The notes under the pieces were generated by a model that saw nothing but the letters and a program-made list of their open reading frames with translations, searched no databases and was not told where the DNA came from. A DNA stretch of 62,924 nt, filler included, from Craspedostauros australis (taxonomy: Eukaryota): assembly GCA_030167865.1 (NCBI GenBank). It is 19 parts of 19 records of this genome, joined end to end, with 100 filler letters (N's around TTAATTAATTAA, not from the genome) between each part and the next. Parts side by side here need not be neighbours in the genome. Positions count along the whole stretch, not along the records: positions 34,474 to 39,341 come from JALAGF010000432.1; positions 39,442 to 40,693 come from JALAGF010000433.1; positions 40,794 to 42,583 come from JALAGF010000434.1; positions 42,684 to 43,759 come from JALAGF010000435.1; positions 43,860 to 45,879 come from JALAGF010000436.1; positions 45,980 to 47,378 come from JALAGF010000437.1; positions 47,479 to 50,984 come from JALAGF010000439.1; 12 more parts are not named here. One strand, 5' to 3'. Shown here piece after piece: positions 37,401 to 48,789 of this stretch (position 1 is its first letter; every line of letters begins with the position of its first letter). A program made the position numbers and the translations under genes.

Positions 37401-39044
37401 TCAAAGTCTTGAAACGTAGCCTCAATCGACGTAGTAGGTAGTGGGCGTCCACCTTGAATTGGTGAAGATCGATGGAGAGAGAGTCGCTGCCTTTTCGTTG
37501 GAGGGGTTCAATTGTTTTGAGACAGTCAAGAATGGTGTGTGAGAATTTCATCAGAGAGGGTGAGTCAGGGTGCAATTGGAGCACTGTCTCATCATGTTCG
37601 TCCTCATGCATGCTGGCTACCGCTGGGCAGAAGTAGTACTCTTCGGCGTCCTCGTCGTCCAGCCACGCAGTTTTGCCTCCCAAACGTTGGTAAGTGAAAC
37701 GCAGGGGTTGCTTGCGCGCTCGCGTGCTCCGCGGCCTCTGTGTTGGGACTGCTTCGTCTGTGACGGGGACTGGAGAGGATGTTCGCGTGTAGACTGGGGA
37801 TGCCGGTTCTTGCTTCAAGGTGATCGGCGGTACCGGTGTGGGTTCCGGTCGTGGAACCCGTGGAGTTGATTGCTCTGCTGGTGCGGCCTTTGGCGAGTTC
37901 TTTGCGGCTCCCTCAATTGGCTGTACTCGTGGCACCTCTCCCTCTGAGGCTTGCATCCGAGGGGCCAGGGAATCGCTGAGGGCGTCAACCATTGGCGGAG
38001 TTACCGGGAGCTCTTCACCTGAGGGTACCGGAGCCGTTCCCGCTTCTCGCCTTTCGGGTGGTGGTTGGTACACAACTGGCGGAGAAGTTCCTGGAACCGG
38101 AGCATCGTTGCGTCGCAGGCGTTCCTGATCGACGGCGTCCGACGCGAAGGTGTCCTCTTGTTCCATGGCTTCCACATCGTCTTCGTCGAATGGGTACTGA
38201 AACGTCGTGTCTCCAAACATTCGCGTCCATTCATCAGACTGATAGTCGGGCAAGTGTTTGGGGTCCGTTGATATGGTGGCGAACCAGTCGTCGAACACGG
38301 CATGAAATTGCGGCGTGATGGATCCAGTCCGCAACGACAGCACTAGAGGGACCGTGGACGCGTGCTTTGTTGAGAGGCCCATGTTCACGTAGCGTTCGCC
38401 TCTTGGTTCCCAGCGCGGGATCTTGCGTCCATCAGCCAGCGCTTTGTTTAGCACATAAACGGGGCTGCCCCACACATGCAAGTTGTGTAGTTGCTTGAGC
38501 GGAAGTAGGATACGAGCAAGTATATCATAGGGGGTTAGCCCTGTTGCTGGGTTAGGGACGCGGTTGTAGATGTAAGCCGCGTGTACCACGGCCATCGGCC
38601 ACAGTTGCGCATCGAAGATGTCTGGCCAGTGGATGCTTTGGTGCATCATCATGGTCCGAGCCATTGACACAATAGTTCGGATGCTTCTTTCAGCTATCCT
38701 GTTGTGGTGATGAGCCCCCACACCGGCGAACCGGTGGACCTGATGGAAGGCCTCGAGGTGTCTCGTGTATTCTGGCGATGTGAATGTAGTGGCGTTGTCC
38801 AAGAGGTAGGATCTGACGGGTACGCCTACATCGCGGCACATAAGCTCGAACTTCTCTTTTACTTCTAGAGTGGCATGAGTCGTGAGGGCGGCCACCGGTT
38901 CCACGTGAATGTAACCTGAAGCATGGTCTATGAAGATGGCTCCTCCCTTGTGCATGTCGGTTGGGTCGCCTTTTCCTCGTCCTGAGAAGAGGTGTCCTGG
39001 TGTGCGTCCGACGAAGTGGTCAACGGATACTTGTTGGCCGGGGA
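34475..39044 (-). mobile_element. Degenerate CoDi/Copia element 2 (integrase, extra domain, RT, RNase H, PPT, partial 3' LTR 34873-34475)
   Basis: Integrase VSVDHF / FIDHASG / DNAT / AERSIRT, RT LYVDD, RNase H; premature TAG at 35461-35463 and a frameshift near 35260; same family as element 1. Confidence 0.95.
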
Positions 39045-39341
39045 TGTTGGCAAGTTCCGCTCACGGTAACCTACGATCGTGGAAGATGGTGTTGGTTGAT
39101 AGTCATCTGTTTGCTATTTCATTATGTTGACACTCCGATACTCTCGGTGTCCGTTCGTTCTCTTGCCCGATGCTCTCGGCGCTTCAGTCTGTTTCGTAGA
39201 TTCAGTCTCCGACTATGAGTCGGTACGCGAGATCCTCTCTCGCTCCTCTCTGTATTCTCTCTCTCTCTCTCTCTCTCTCAACATCGTGTGCTCGTGCTAC
39301 ACGATCCTCCGTGTTTGATGCGTACTCCGCATTCGACACTC
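39045..39341 (+). mobile_element. LTR family A, partial copy 3, inserted into the integrase of element 2
   Basis: TGTTGGCAAG starts exactly where the integrase frame (PGQQVSVDHF) is cut. Confidence 0.88.
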
Positions 39342-39441
39342 NNNNNNNNNNNNNNNNNNNNNNNNNNNNNNNNNNNNNNNNNNNNTTAATTAATTAANNN
39401 NNNNNNNNNNNNNNNNNNNNNNNNNNNNNNNNNNNNNNNNN

Positions 39442-39744
39442 GTAGTAGTCTGTCAGATGATATCGTCATCTGAGGTTTAGTTGGGAAGTACCTCGAGATT
39501 CTCTTGGTACCATTGACGCATGGACGGACGATTTTCTGATTCTCTCAGAAATCGTTATTTGCAAATTTCTTCAAGAAATCTTGCCCCTTTTCATGTGTTC
39601 CATTTCCCCTGTAATTCTGACGAATCACAGTATACTATCGACACGAATGTAGTTATACCGTCCAAGTGCGTATGAGAGAATAACGGGTGAACGATGCACA
39701 TATACACGTACATCTTGACATATACTCACATGTACATCTCGACA
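39442..39744 (-). mobile_element. LTR family B, longer partial copy 3
   Basis: Reverse complement of 21876-21958 at about 39662-39744, presumably continuing to the gap. Confidence 0.8.
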
Positions 39745-42120
39745 AACTTTCCCCTGGGAGAGTTGCCGATATAGCACGATTTGTTGATTGACAACTCGTG
39801 GCGCCAGCGGTCCACCTGTTAATCTTAGATGTAGTTACATGTTGCACTTCTTGGCTCAAGCGACCCAACGTCGGCACGCAACCAACAGTGGCAATCATCC
39901 AAAGGCCTACTCACAACCAGATCTCTTTTGCTCTTTTTGCATCTTTTGTTGGTCGCTGCCTCTCTTGAAGCACATGTTGACATCCGTTGCAGCGCTACCA
40001 TGTACTCATCGCATGAGACTTCATGCAGCACTATCCCAAGTGATCAGTGGTACAGTTTTGAATCTCCCTTGTCCCTCCGCTGCGGCGTATTGCGTGTTTC
40101 TGTGCTCGTATCGGTGGTTCCTTGTGTACGCATCCTTTCTCTGGAGTAAACATTTGGCAACAGCTGGATCTTGAACTGGTACGGCTGATGACGATGGGCA
40201 CCCAGCTGTCAGTGTGCGAAGAATCCAGGGGTGCAGACACTTCTGCAGGCCAGCGCATGCAAACAGTTGCATAACAATTGACTTCTACTTGTTCTGTTTA
40301 CTCTGATCGCATCAGTGCTCGCATGCAAACGATCCATCACACATCGCACTCCCCGCACATGAGGAAGCAGAGAGAACAAAGGATGGACTGGGGATTGATT
40401 TGAAGAAGTTGCCTCCTTTGAAGCACGTACTCCATTGGTTCCGTTAGTTGTGAAGGACACACAGACCCTACAACAAAGAGTGCCCAGATCACGCCATGAA
40501 GCAACTCCCAGATGCCTGAGACGAGATGCCAACGATTGCAATCGTCAGGTGCAGGAATGCTTTTGTTGCCGCCATTTCGGAATGCGTTCAGGATGCTGGT
40601 ATGCAACCCCAGCATATGGAAGAAACGACGGAGCTTCAGCTTAACAGAAATGAGAAACAAAATCATCCACAGCCTGATACTTCGCAGGATCTGNNNNNNN
40701 NNNNNNNNNNNNNNNNNNNNNNNNNNNNNNNNNNNNNTTAATTAATTAANNNNNNNNNNNNNNNNNNNNNNNNNNNNNNNNNNNNNNNNNNNNCTCTCAA
40801 GCTTTCTTCAGGTATGAAGAAAATGATATGTTACACGTAAACGTCGACGTCAAAATGGAGAATCCGTGAAATTTTTTGCTATTTGGATTCACTATAGGCC
40901 CTGGGTCATGAAGGGATAGTATGCTACATACGAGCAACTCGTACACGTGGAGTATGAGAAAACACCTCCACTCTTCACATCCAGAAATATCGATGGTCAA
41001 TGGTTCGTTTGTGACCTTTGCACAACTTTCATCCAACCTGTGATACGAACCACGAGTATTGTCGTCTTCCTTTCGGATGAGGTGACTCTAATCGGAGATT
41101 TGATACACAATGGCTTTCCCAAAGAGAGGAAGCAAGACGAAAGCAAACACCAAAGAAAGCATCAAAGCAAGCATCAAAGCAAAGGATGTGCCACCATGAC
41201 GGCGTACAAGCTTTCATCGGCAACGCTGTGCATCCATCGGGGCGCAATGTGTTGCTTCGTCATGCCACAGAGAGGGACTTTGCTCTCCTCTTCTCTAAGT
41301 CTCGTCCAAATCTCTTCCAAGTCCAATCTAATCTAAATCTAATCTCACGAGCACTTCTTTCTCCCCTTCCTCCTTCTCATCTTCCTCTTTCTCCTCCCTT
41401 TTCTCCTCCCTTCTCCCCGCTTCTCGCATCTGACATCGACGAAGCCGAGATATGTCCGACTTGGGTGGGGTACAAGGAGCAATGTCGATGTGTACCAACA
41501 CAGAGAGAGAACTGAGAACTCGCAGCATGCAACGGAGTATTGCATGGTATGATGACTCTCTGGAGGGTATGATGACTATGTCTTCAGCACCTTGTGCCAT
41601 CCACGAGAGAGAGAGAGAGAGCCATGGGTAGATGTAGACATGGACAGAGCCATGTCAATACTTGGCATCGACCTACACGGGCAGAGTGCAGAGGAATGTA
41701 CCAGAGTGGAGTACTCACATACCACACACCACACACCATCACACATCATCATCATAGGAGGCTCCCGTATCACCGCAGGATACAGTACTCCATCCACGTA
41801 GAGTAGATCGTACAAGTGCAGCATGGATCGTATGACCAGGAGCACAGGCACGAGAATGACTATACCTACATGCACACGATCATGCACCCAACCCATTGTA
41901 CCAACCACTGGTTGCCCATGCTTTCTCGCCATCAATCTATCAACACCATCAACACCATCAACACCATCGATCTTGATGGATGTTACTCCAGATCTGATCA
42001 TAAAAACGATCAGCCGATCTAATCAAAACTAAACCAAACCAAACCAAACCAACACGAGGACATACAACCAAACCAACCACAACCACAACCACAATCACAA
42101 TCACAATCACGAACACCAAC

Positions 42121-42501
42121 ATGTCTTTCATCAACATCACCAACAACAAAGCCATGACAGCAACCCTCTTGCTCACTGTGCTTCTCACCGCATTCAGCTC
42201 CAAGGCCCAAGCCATCACGGTCAATCACCGTGATCCTATCGATCCCATCGATCCTGTTGATCCCATCGATGGCAATCACCAAGAAAGGGCTCTCCAACAA
42301 ACCAACCCAACACCATTCACCAGAGCCAATGCTCAAGCCTTCGTCGACTACCAAATCGACAGAGTTCTCCTGGACTGCAACGACTTCCTCCTCACATTCG
42401 CAGGAGCGTCCATCCCAACAGGAAACGGCAACGTCTTTGGATCTGGCTCTGGATCAGGATCAGGCTCGGGATCCGGTTCTAGCAGTAGCAGCAGTAACAG
42501 C
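42121..42501 (+). pseudogene. 5' part of a secreted protein gene (signal peptide, DPI repeats, ERALQ, GS linker) interrupted by an LTR
   Basis: LLLTVLLTAFSSKAQA signal peptide (ATG at 42121 or 42154), an RxL-type propeptide motif; the frame runs into TGTTGGAAA at 42502. Confidence 0.6.
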
Positions 42502-42583
42502 TGTTGGAAATCCGGGGTGGTGTGATAGTAGAGAACTAATCGTTTGTTAGAATCTACTTCTCTGAACTGTGAGCTCTTCATTG
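42502..42583 (+). mobile_element. LTR family C, partial copy
   Basis: TGTTGGAAATCCGGGGT...CTAATC...TGTTAGAA...GAACTGTGAGC is homologous to the reverse complement of 52030-52106. Confidence 0.7.
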
Positions 42584-42683
42584 NNNNNNNNNNNNNNNNN
42601 NNNNNNNNNNNNNNNNNNNNNNNNNNNTTAATTAATTAANNNNNNNNNNNNNNNNNNNNNNNNNNNNNNNNNNNNNNNNNNNN

Positions 42684-43759
42684 GTTGTGCTATGATGAGT
42701 GATCTCGATCTCTTCATCTTCGTCTTTGATTTCTTCGTCATCTGTAGTTTCCTCGTTGGAATCGTCGATCATCTCGTTGCTGAGTTCGTCACTTGCCTCA
42801 TTGGATGATGGATCGCTCTCATCGCCTTCTTCCTTTCGACCTCGTTCATTGAAGTCTGCGAGCTCGCACAGAGCTCTGGGAATGCTCTTCCCTGTAGATG
42901 ACTTCGGATTAGCTTCTCCCTTCCTGCCTCGTGCTTTGTGACGTCGGATCCTCTCCTTTCTGGCTATGTCATGCTTGTTTGGTTTGCTTGGTGGAGATCT
43001 GGATGGTGTATTACGTGTAGACCTCGCTGGTGTGTTCGGAGGAGTGACGTCTGTGTCATCGTCGGCTTCGTCGCCGGATGGTAGGATCTCATCATCCTCA
43101 TGATTGGATTCGCTCCGATCTTCCTCGGTATTTCGGATTACTTGAGTCACTACTCCGTCGTCCTCATTATCCTTATCATCGCTGTCTGATAGGATATAGT
43201 ACCTGTTGCTGTCAGCGAAAGATACTCTCTTCGCTTCCGATGTTTGACGCGTTGCCGTCCTTGGCGTTGCTCCCTTCCGTCCGATGGTTGTGAAGCCTTC
43301 TGCGTCTGTTGTTCCTGTTTTGTTTGATACGTTTGGTGCTGGTGCCCAGCCACGGAACTGTCCGTATGATTGGTTGAGCCACTTGATGTCCCGTGAGCAG
43401 ATGAGTGACTTGGTCGATGGTCTGTACATGTTGTAGACCCCTGATGCATGTTGGTGTGCATATCCGATGAACACCATCTCTTCTCCTCTATTCTTGAGCT
43501 TGGCGGTAATCCCGCCATAGGTAGTCTTCACAACACCCACCTCTCCAAACGTGCGGAGTGCATCCGCATATGGTGGATCGTTGCCAAAGAATTGTCAATG
43601 TGGTGACTCCTTCTGGTTCTTCGCTACGGTGATGTTGGCAATGGCGGTGGCAGTGCTAGCAGCCGCTGCCCACAAGCCGTGCCTATACTCTTTGTCGAGT
43701 TGTGCTCCGTTGAGCATGGAGCGGATCTTGGTGTAGAGGTACGCGAACTTGCGTTCCAC
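42684..43759 (-). mobile_element. Copia integrase C-terminal fragment (different family), with an internal stop
   Basis: VERKF...LW...LRTFG...KL..RG..MVFIGY...SRDIKW (GKGY-type region); TGA near 43597. Confidence 0.85.
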
Positions 43760-44544
43760 NNNNNNNNNNNNNNNNNNNNNNNNNNNNNNNNNNNNNNNNN
43801 NNNTTAATTAATTAANNNNNNNNNNNNNNNNNNNNNNNNNNNNNNNNNNNNNNNNNNNNGGACTTGTTCTGCCAACCAAGACGACAGTGCGCTTTGTGGA
43901 CCACCGCAGCAAAGTGTGACGAGAATGAGCAACACCAAAACACCGCCGCAGCGAGGAAATCCCATCTCCACACCCGCAACAATGCGGGACTCAGAAATGA
44001 TCGTTTGCTCTCGTGAACCAACTCGGCATTCTTGTAGTAGTCGTATGAGTCGAACATCTCGAATCGAGTGCGCTGCATCACGTGTGGCGAACTGGCAACT
44101 GGCAGTTTCTTGTCATTTGTGAACAGACTCCGACACAAAAAACGTGATTTTCTCTTTTTCCGACAACTCCCAGTTCCCGTGCATTATTTCTGACACGATC
44201 GGCAAACCAACCTCTTCCGGAAGAGCGTACTTCGAAATTCCTTCGTGCCGACCAGAGGGCTTCCGCCAAGAGGCAACACAAACTCCACACGGCGGCAATG
44301 GTTGCGACAAAACGGTGAACACCAAAACAGAAGTTGGCCTTTCCTGGCGTGGTACTGCGCTCGTAGCTCCTACACGTACTACTACTTCACGAACCACTTC
44401 AGTTCCAACAAAGTGGTACTCTAATGAACATTCGACGAATAAGCACCGGCTCGCGCTCTGCATTTTCACCATGAACAAGCGGTTCCGTCACAACACGACC
44501 CGAACAACTCCTCCTTTCTCGTCTTTTGGCGCTGACAGTTTCAC

Positions 44545-45879
44545 TCACTGCTTTGCTCCCTGCAGGTTGTGCTCGATTTTGTGTATAAGAGAGTCGCGAA
44601 CACGGAATGGTCCCACGCAGCTGTCTTTGCATGGTAACATCATCCGCTCCAAGGCTGTGTCCGGGTTGTATGGACTACCAGCATCCTGCAGCAGCGCCAT
44701 GCTACCGTCTTTCCCGAAGTGATTCACAAAGCCTTGGATCCAGGATCTCGGTTCATCGCCGCACAGTGGACCTTGCCTTTCCAGCGCTTTTTCACTTTGG
44801 GTCCTCCACTTTTCGGCACGATCCTCTACCCCACCACGGCTGTCACCTGGACGCAGGAAGGCCTCCAGCGTTCCGATGTAGTGGTTGATATGAAAGATAT
44901 CCTCACGCTGCCCCCAAGCATGGGGGCAGTGTGAGACGAGCAACCGATGTACGCTCATCTTTCTCCCCACGAAGTTCAGCTTGGAGACATCTGCAATGGC
45001 CTTGCCGATGTAGTGCTTCTCTTCCAGATGGCGGAACCGCAGCGTCTGGAATCGATACGGATCCAAAAAGTCCGGGACACCACGCCGAATATGGTCATCT
45101 GGACTCTCAATGGAACTGACTTGCATGCGTCTTGTTGTGATGCACGACCGCTCAAAGTTGCTTGCTCCATTCGTGATGTTGTGATGCTGGACCTGTTGGA
45201 GAGCGTTGAAGAGGCTCCCTGGCTCAGCCATCCTTTCGGATGCATTGGGAACTGTGTTGCTGTTCAAGACGATGATCTCGTCTGTGTCAATGAAGAATGA
45301 CCATGTGCGGTTGCGTTCCTGGAGATGCATGGAGCACCCACGGTAGAACTCTCTTTGATTCGCCTTGTGTATCTTGTATGCCATGTTGGCTGCTTCTTCT
45401 GGCTTAGCAATCCCAGGCAACTTGTCCTTCCACCTCAATATAGCTGCTTTGTTTTTCGCGTCTCTGCCAAAATCATCAATATGGTGCCACACCGTAATAT
45501 TCATCAGGCCCTCCCATCGTGCAATCAGCGGTTGAAGGTCTTGTGTACTTTTAGGATCACGAAGGATGACGAGAGTGCGCAAAGAGAATGTGAAGTAGTG
45601 GTATGCAATCCATTCGACAAGTCGTTGTGAGTCGTCCATCCACATGAGGCAAGCAGAGGATGTCTTGCTTACTGGGAGATCAAGTGAAGGTGGCGGTTGG
45701 ATCTTGTTCGCACTTGTGGTGGTGGCGGATGCTGTCTCTATTGCTTTCGTTGCGGTCGTTGTTGGCTCTGCTGGAGTGGGCACAGCTGATGCAGTTGCTG
45801 CCACTGGTGTTGCTGACGGAGGCACTGCATCTTCCAAAGCAGTGCGTGGTCCACTTGTGATGGTGTGATTGATGGCACT
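44545..45879 (-). CDS. Glycosyltransferase-like (GT-A fold, GT92/GT2-related) protein, 5' end in a gap
   Basis: SACL...LVEWIAYHY, WSFFIDTDE (DxD), GKAIAD and HINHY motifs after an A/T/P-rich stem. Confidence 0.75.
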   Translation of the reverse strand, partial: SAINHTITSGPRTALEDAVPPSATPVAATASAVPTPAEPTTTATKAIETASATTTSANKIQPPPSLDLPVSKTSSACLMWMDDSQRLVEWIAYHYFTFSLRTLVILRDPKSTQDLQPLIARWEGLMNITVWHHIDDFGRDAKNKAAILRWKDKLPGIAKPEEAANMAYKIHKANQREFYRGCSMHLQERNRTWSFFIDTDEIIVLNSNTVPNASERMAEPGSLFNALQQVQHHNITNGASNFERSCITTRRMQVSSIESPDDHIRRGVPDFLDPYRFQTLRFRHLEEKHYIGKAIADVSKLNFVGRKMSVHRLLVSHCPHAWGQREDIFHINHYIGTLEAFLRPGDSRGGVEDRAEKWRTQSEKALERQGPLCGDEPRSWIQGFVNHFGKDGSMALLQDAGSPYNPDTALERMMLPCKDSCVGPFRVRDSLIHKIEHNLQGAKQ

Positions 45880-45979
45880 NNNNNNNNNNNNNNNNNNNNN
45901 NNNNNNNNNNNNNNNNNNNNNNNTTAATTAATTAANNNNNNNNNNNNNNNNNNNNNNNNNNNNNNNNNNNNNNNNNNNN

Positions 45980-47378
45980 GGATGACTGGGATGAGTGGCA
46001 AGCTGCGGAGTTCAAGCAGATGGAGCAGTACCACCATCAAGGGATGTTCGGTGATCCAGTGGACGCTCCTTCCGGTGCAGCGGTGTTCAATTGGGTGTGG
46101 GTGTATGTTGTGAAGGCCCATGAAAACAACCGCAAGAAGGCCCGCGCAGTCTGCGATGGTTCCACCCGAGGAGGCAACGTCCGTGTCTTTGGTCATACCT
46201 ATGCTGCCACGCCGGATCTCACTGAATTTCGCATCCTTGTTGCTATTGCTGCCGTCCAACGCCTGCTCATCTTTGGAGCTGACGTCGCCAATGCTTTTGC
46301 TGAAGCTCCGGCCAGCGCGCAACGATACTACATGAAGGTGGACGATCAATTCCGTTCGTGGTGGGAGCAGAAGCATGGTGCTACCATTCCTCGTGGCCAT
46401 GTTGTGCCCGTTCTCAAGAACCTACAGGGTCATCCTGAGGCGCCTCGACAATGGAGCATCCATGTCAATGGGATCATGAAGCGCATGGGCCTGACGTCCA
46501 CCACGCACGCCCCGTGCCTTTACACTGGACTCATCCGCGGTGAGCGTGTCTACATACTCCGGCAAGTCGACGACTTCGCAGTCGCCACGTCACGGCAGAC
46601 CACCTACGTCGCGTTCTGTGATTTGCTTGACGAGCAACTCAATCAGCCAATCACTCGGCATGGACTCTTCTCCCACTACAATGGGCTTGATCTCACTCAG
46701 GGCCGATCGCATGTGACGGTACACTGCACCACCTATCTGAACAAGGTGCTCCAGAAGCATGGATGGCAAGATCTGCGGTCGTCGCAACGACTCCCCATGC
46801 GCACGGACAATGGGTACAATCGACAACTGGACAATGCGGACGTCCCAGCTACTGAAGGAGAACGGCGACAACTACAGGCATCGTTCTTCAGTTATCGACA
46901 GGCCATTGGTGAACTAATTTGGGCCATGGTTTCATGCCGTCCGGACATATCATTCCCCGTGGTGAAGCTCAGCCAGTTTTCCGTCAACCCAGCCAAGATC
47001 CATTATGAGGCGGTCAAGTACCTCTTCCGATACATTGCTGCCACAAGGGAACTTGGAATCACATACTGGCGGCCGTCACCCCTACCCGAACTTCCAGACA
47101 TCCCCGTGCTGCTGCCCCTTTCACCGCCTGAGGACTTTTCGCACAACGTGGACAATCATGAGACAGTCCGATTCTCCACGGTCTATGGATACGTGGACGC
47201 CGACTGGGGCTCCGATATTCGCCATCGGCGCTCGGTCACCGGCATCGTGTTCATGTTCGGCGGCGCTGCCGTCGCGTGGAAGACTCGTGTTCAACCGACC
47301 GTGTCCCTCAGCAGCTCCGAAGCCGAGTTTGTCGCTGCCAGCGATGCTGGCCGCATGGCTCTGTGGCTTCGTTCCATC
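45980..47378 (+). mobile_element. Copia RT-RNase H fragment (further family), open across the contig
   Basis: KKARAVCDGS, ADVANAF, KNLQG, RQVDDF, YVDADW and SSSEAEF motifs. Confidence 0.92.
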
Positions 47379-47478
47379 NNNNNNNNNNNNNNNNNNNNNN
47401 NNNNNNNNNNNNNNNNNNNNNNTTAATTAATTAANNNNNNNNNNNNNNNNNNNNNNNNNNNNNNNNNNNNNNNNNNNN

Positions 47479-48789
47479 AGCCTGAGACAATGATGTGGTT
47501 GCGGACGTGGTTGATCTATCATCAGGGCCTTCTGCCTTTTGGTTGCTGTCATTGGCAGTATCCTCTGCTGACAACGGCGTGACGAGGCACCGTGCCAGCG
47601 GGTGGTCTGGCGTGAGGTCCAGTGGTTCGTCAGTATGCGGGTTAGTGTCCTGGCGGATGGCACCAAGCAGAAGGAAGTTTTGCAACCCGGAATCAGCTAC
47701 CAACCAGGCGATGAGGCTGAGGCCCACCTCGGCAGACCACTGCAGATCGTCGAGGAACATGTAGATGGGTCGTTCCTTCGTCGAGACTGCCTTAATGAAC
47801 TGTACGAAGATGTACTGGAGCTGGTTCCACATCTTTTCTGTCATGGCTCCACCCGCCGCTGGTGAAGATCCATCGCCGTTGGCGGTGCTNNCGTTCATGC
47901 TGGTGCTGTAGTTATCGCGCNGGCTGACGGATTGGCTCATGACAGAAGCGCCGCCTCGGGCTGACTTGGATGTCAAGATGGAGAGAGATGGCACCACTTT
48001 CACCAAGGGACGAAGCCCGCCGTTGGGGAATGCTGCTCGCGCGCATTCACGCATGCGATCGAGTTCTTCCTTGGGTCCGTTCTTGAGTTGGGTTGTGAAG
48101 TCTTGAATGGCCTGGGCGATGGCCGAGAATGGGTCACTCTTTCCTGTGTACTCGTCATACTTTCCACGCAGGACGTAGCAGCAGGAGCAGGAGGGTGCTG
48201 CATCGCCTGCACCCGCTTGTTCAGTCTTCGTTTGCTTCTGGTTGGAGCCCTTGCCGCAAATGCAGCATGTCTCCAGGAAGTGATCAACGAGAGCGGACTT
48301 TCCTGTACCGCTGACACCCCAGACCAGTACAGCTGGATGCACATCGAGCTTCTTGGTTGCTTTTGGTGTTGATGATGGTTCAGGCTTGACCTTGTTGTCT
48401 GCCTCATCAGTCGATGGCTCCTGCGGAGAAGGAGTAGTCGTAGCATCGCTCTTGTGTTCTCCGATGACCTTGTCCTTCAGAGCTTTGAGCTGCTCGAGCT
48501 CCGCTTCTCTGCCAAGGAATTGCGATGTATCCTTCCAGGGAGCGACGCCACTTGATGGGCCAACTGTACCAGTTCCATCGTCGTTCGTGGTGGTGTTGGT
48601 GTTAGGGTTGGTGTTAGGGTTGGCGTCGTCTTCGGCATCGCCAGATCCATCGTCGATGGAAGAGAAGGTGGTGCTGACGTTCTGTTCTCCTTCCTCCTCT
48701 GCCTCCGTGGAGGAGTACCCGTCCTTTTGGAACTCTCCGATGGATGATGGGAGGTTGTCAAAACAGATTTGGGCCTGTTCGATCTCCAT
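47479..48789 (-). CDS. STAND-type P-loop ATPase (AAA_16-like), N-terminal part; 3' end in a gap
   Basis: FLGREAELEQL, Walker A GVSGTGKS, GKYDE...PFSAI and Walker B MFLDDLQW, as in the ATPase module of bacterial kinase-ATPase-sensor proteins. Confidence 0.85.
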
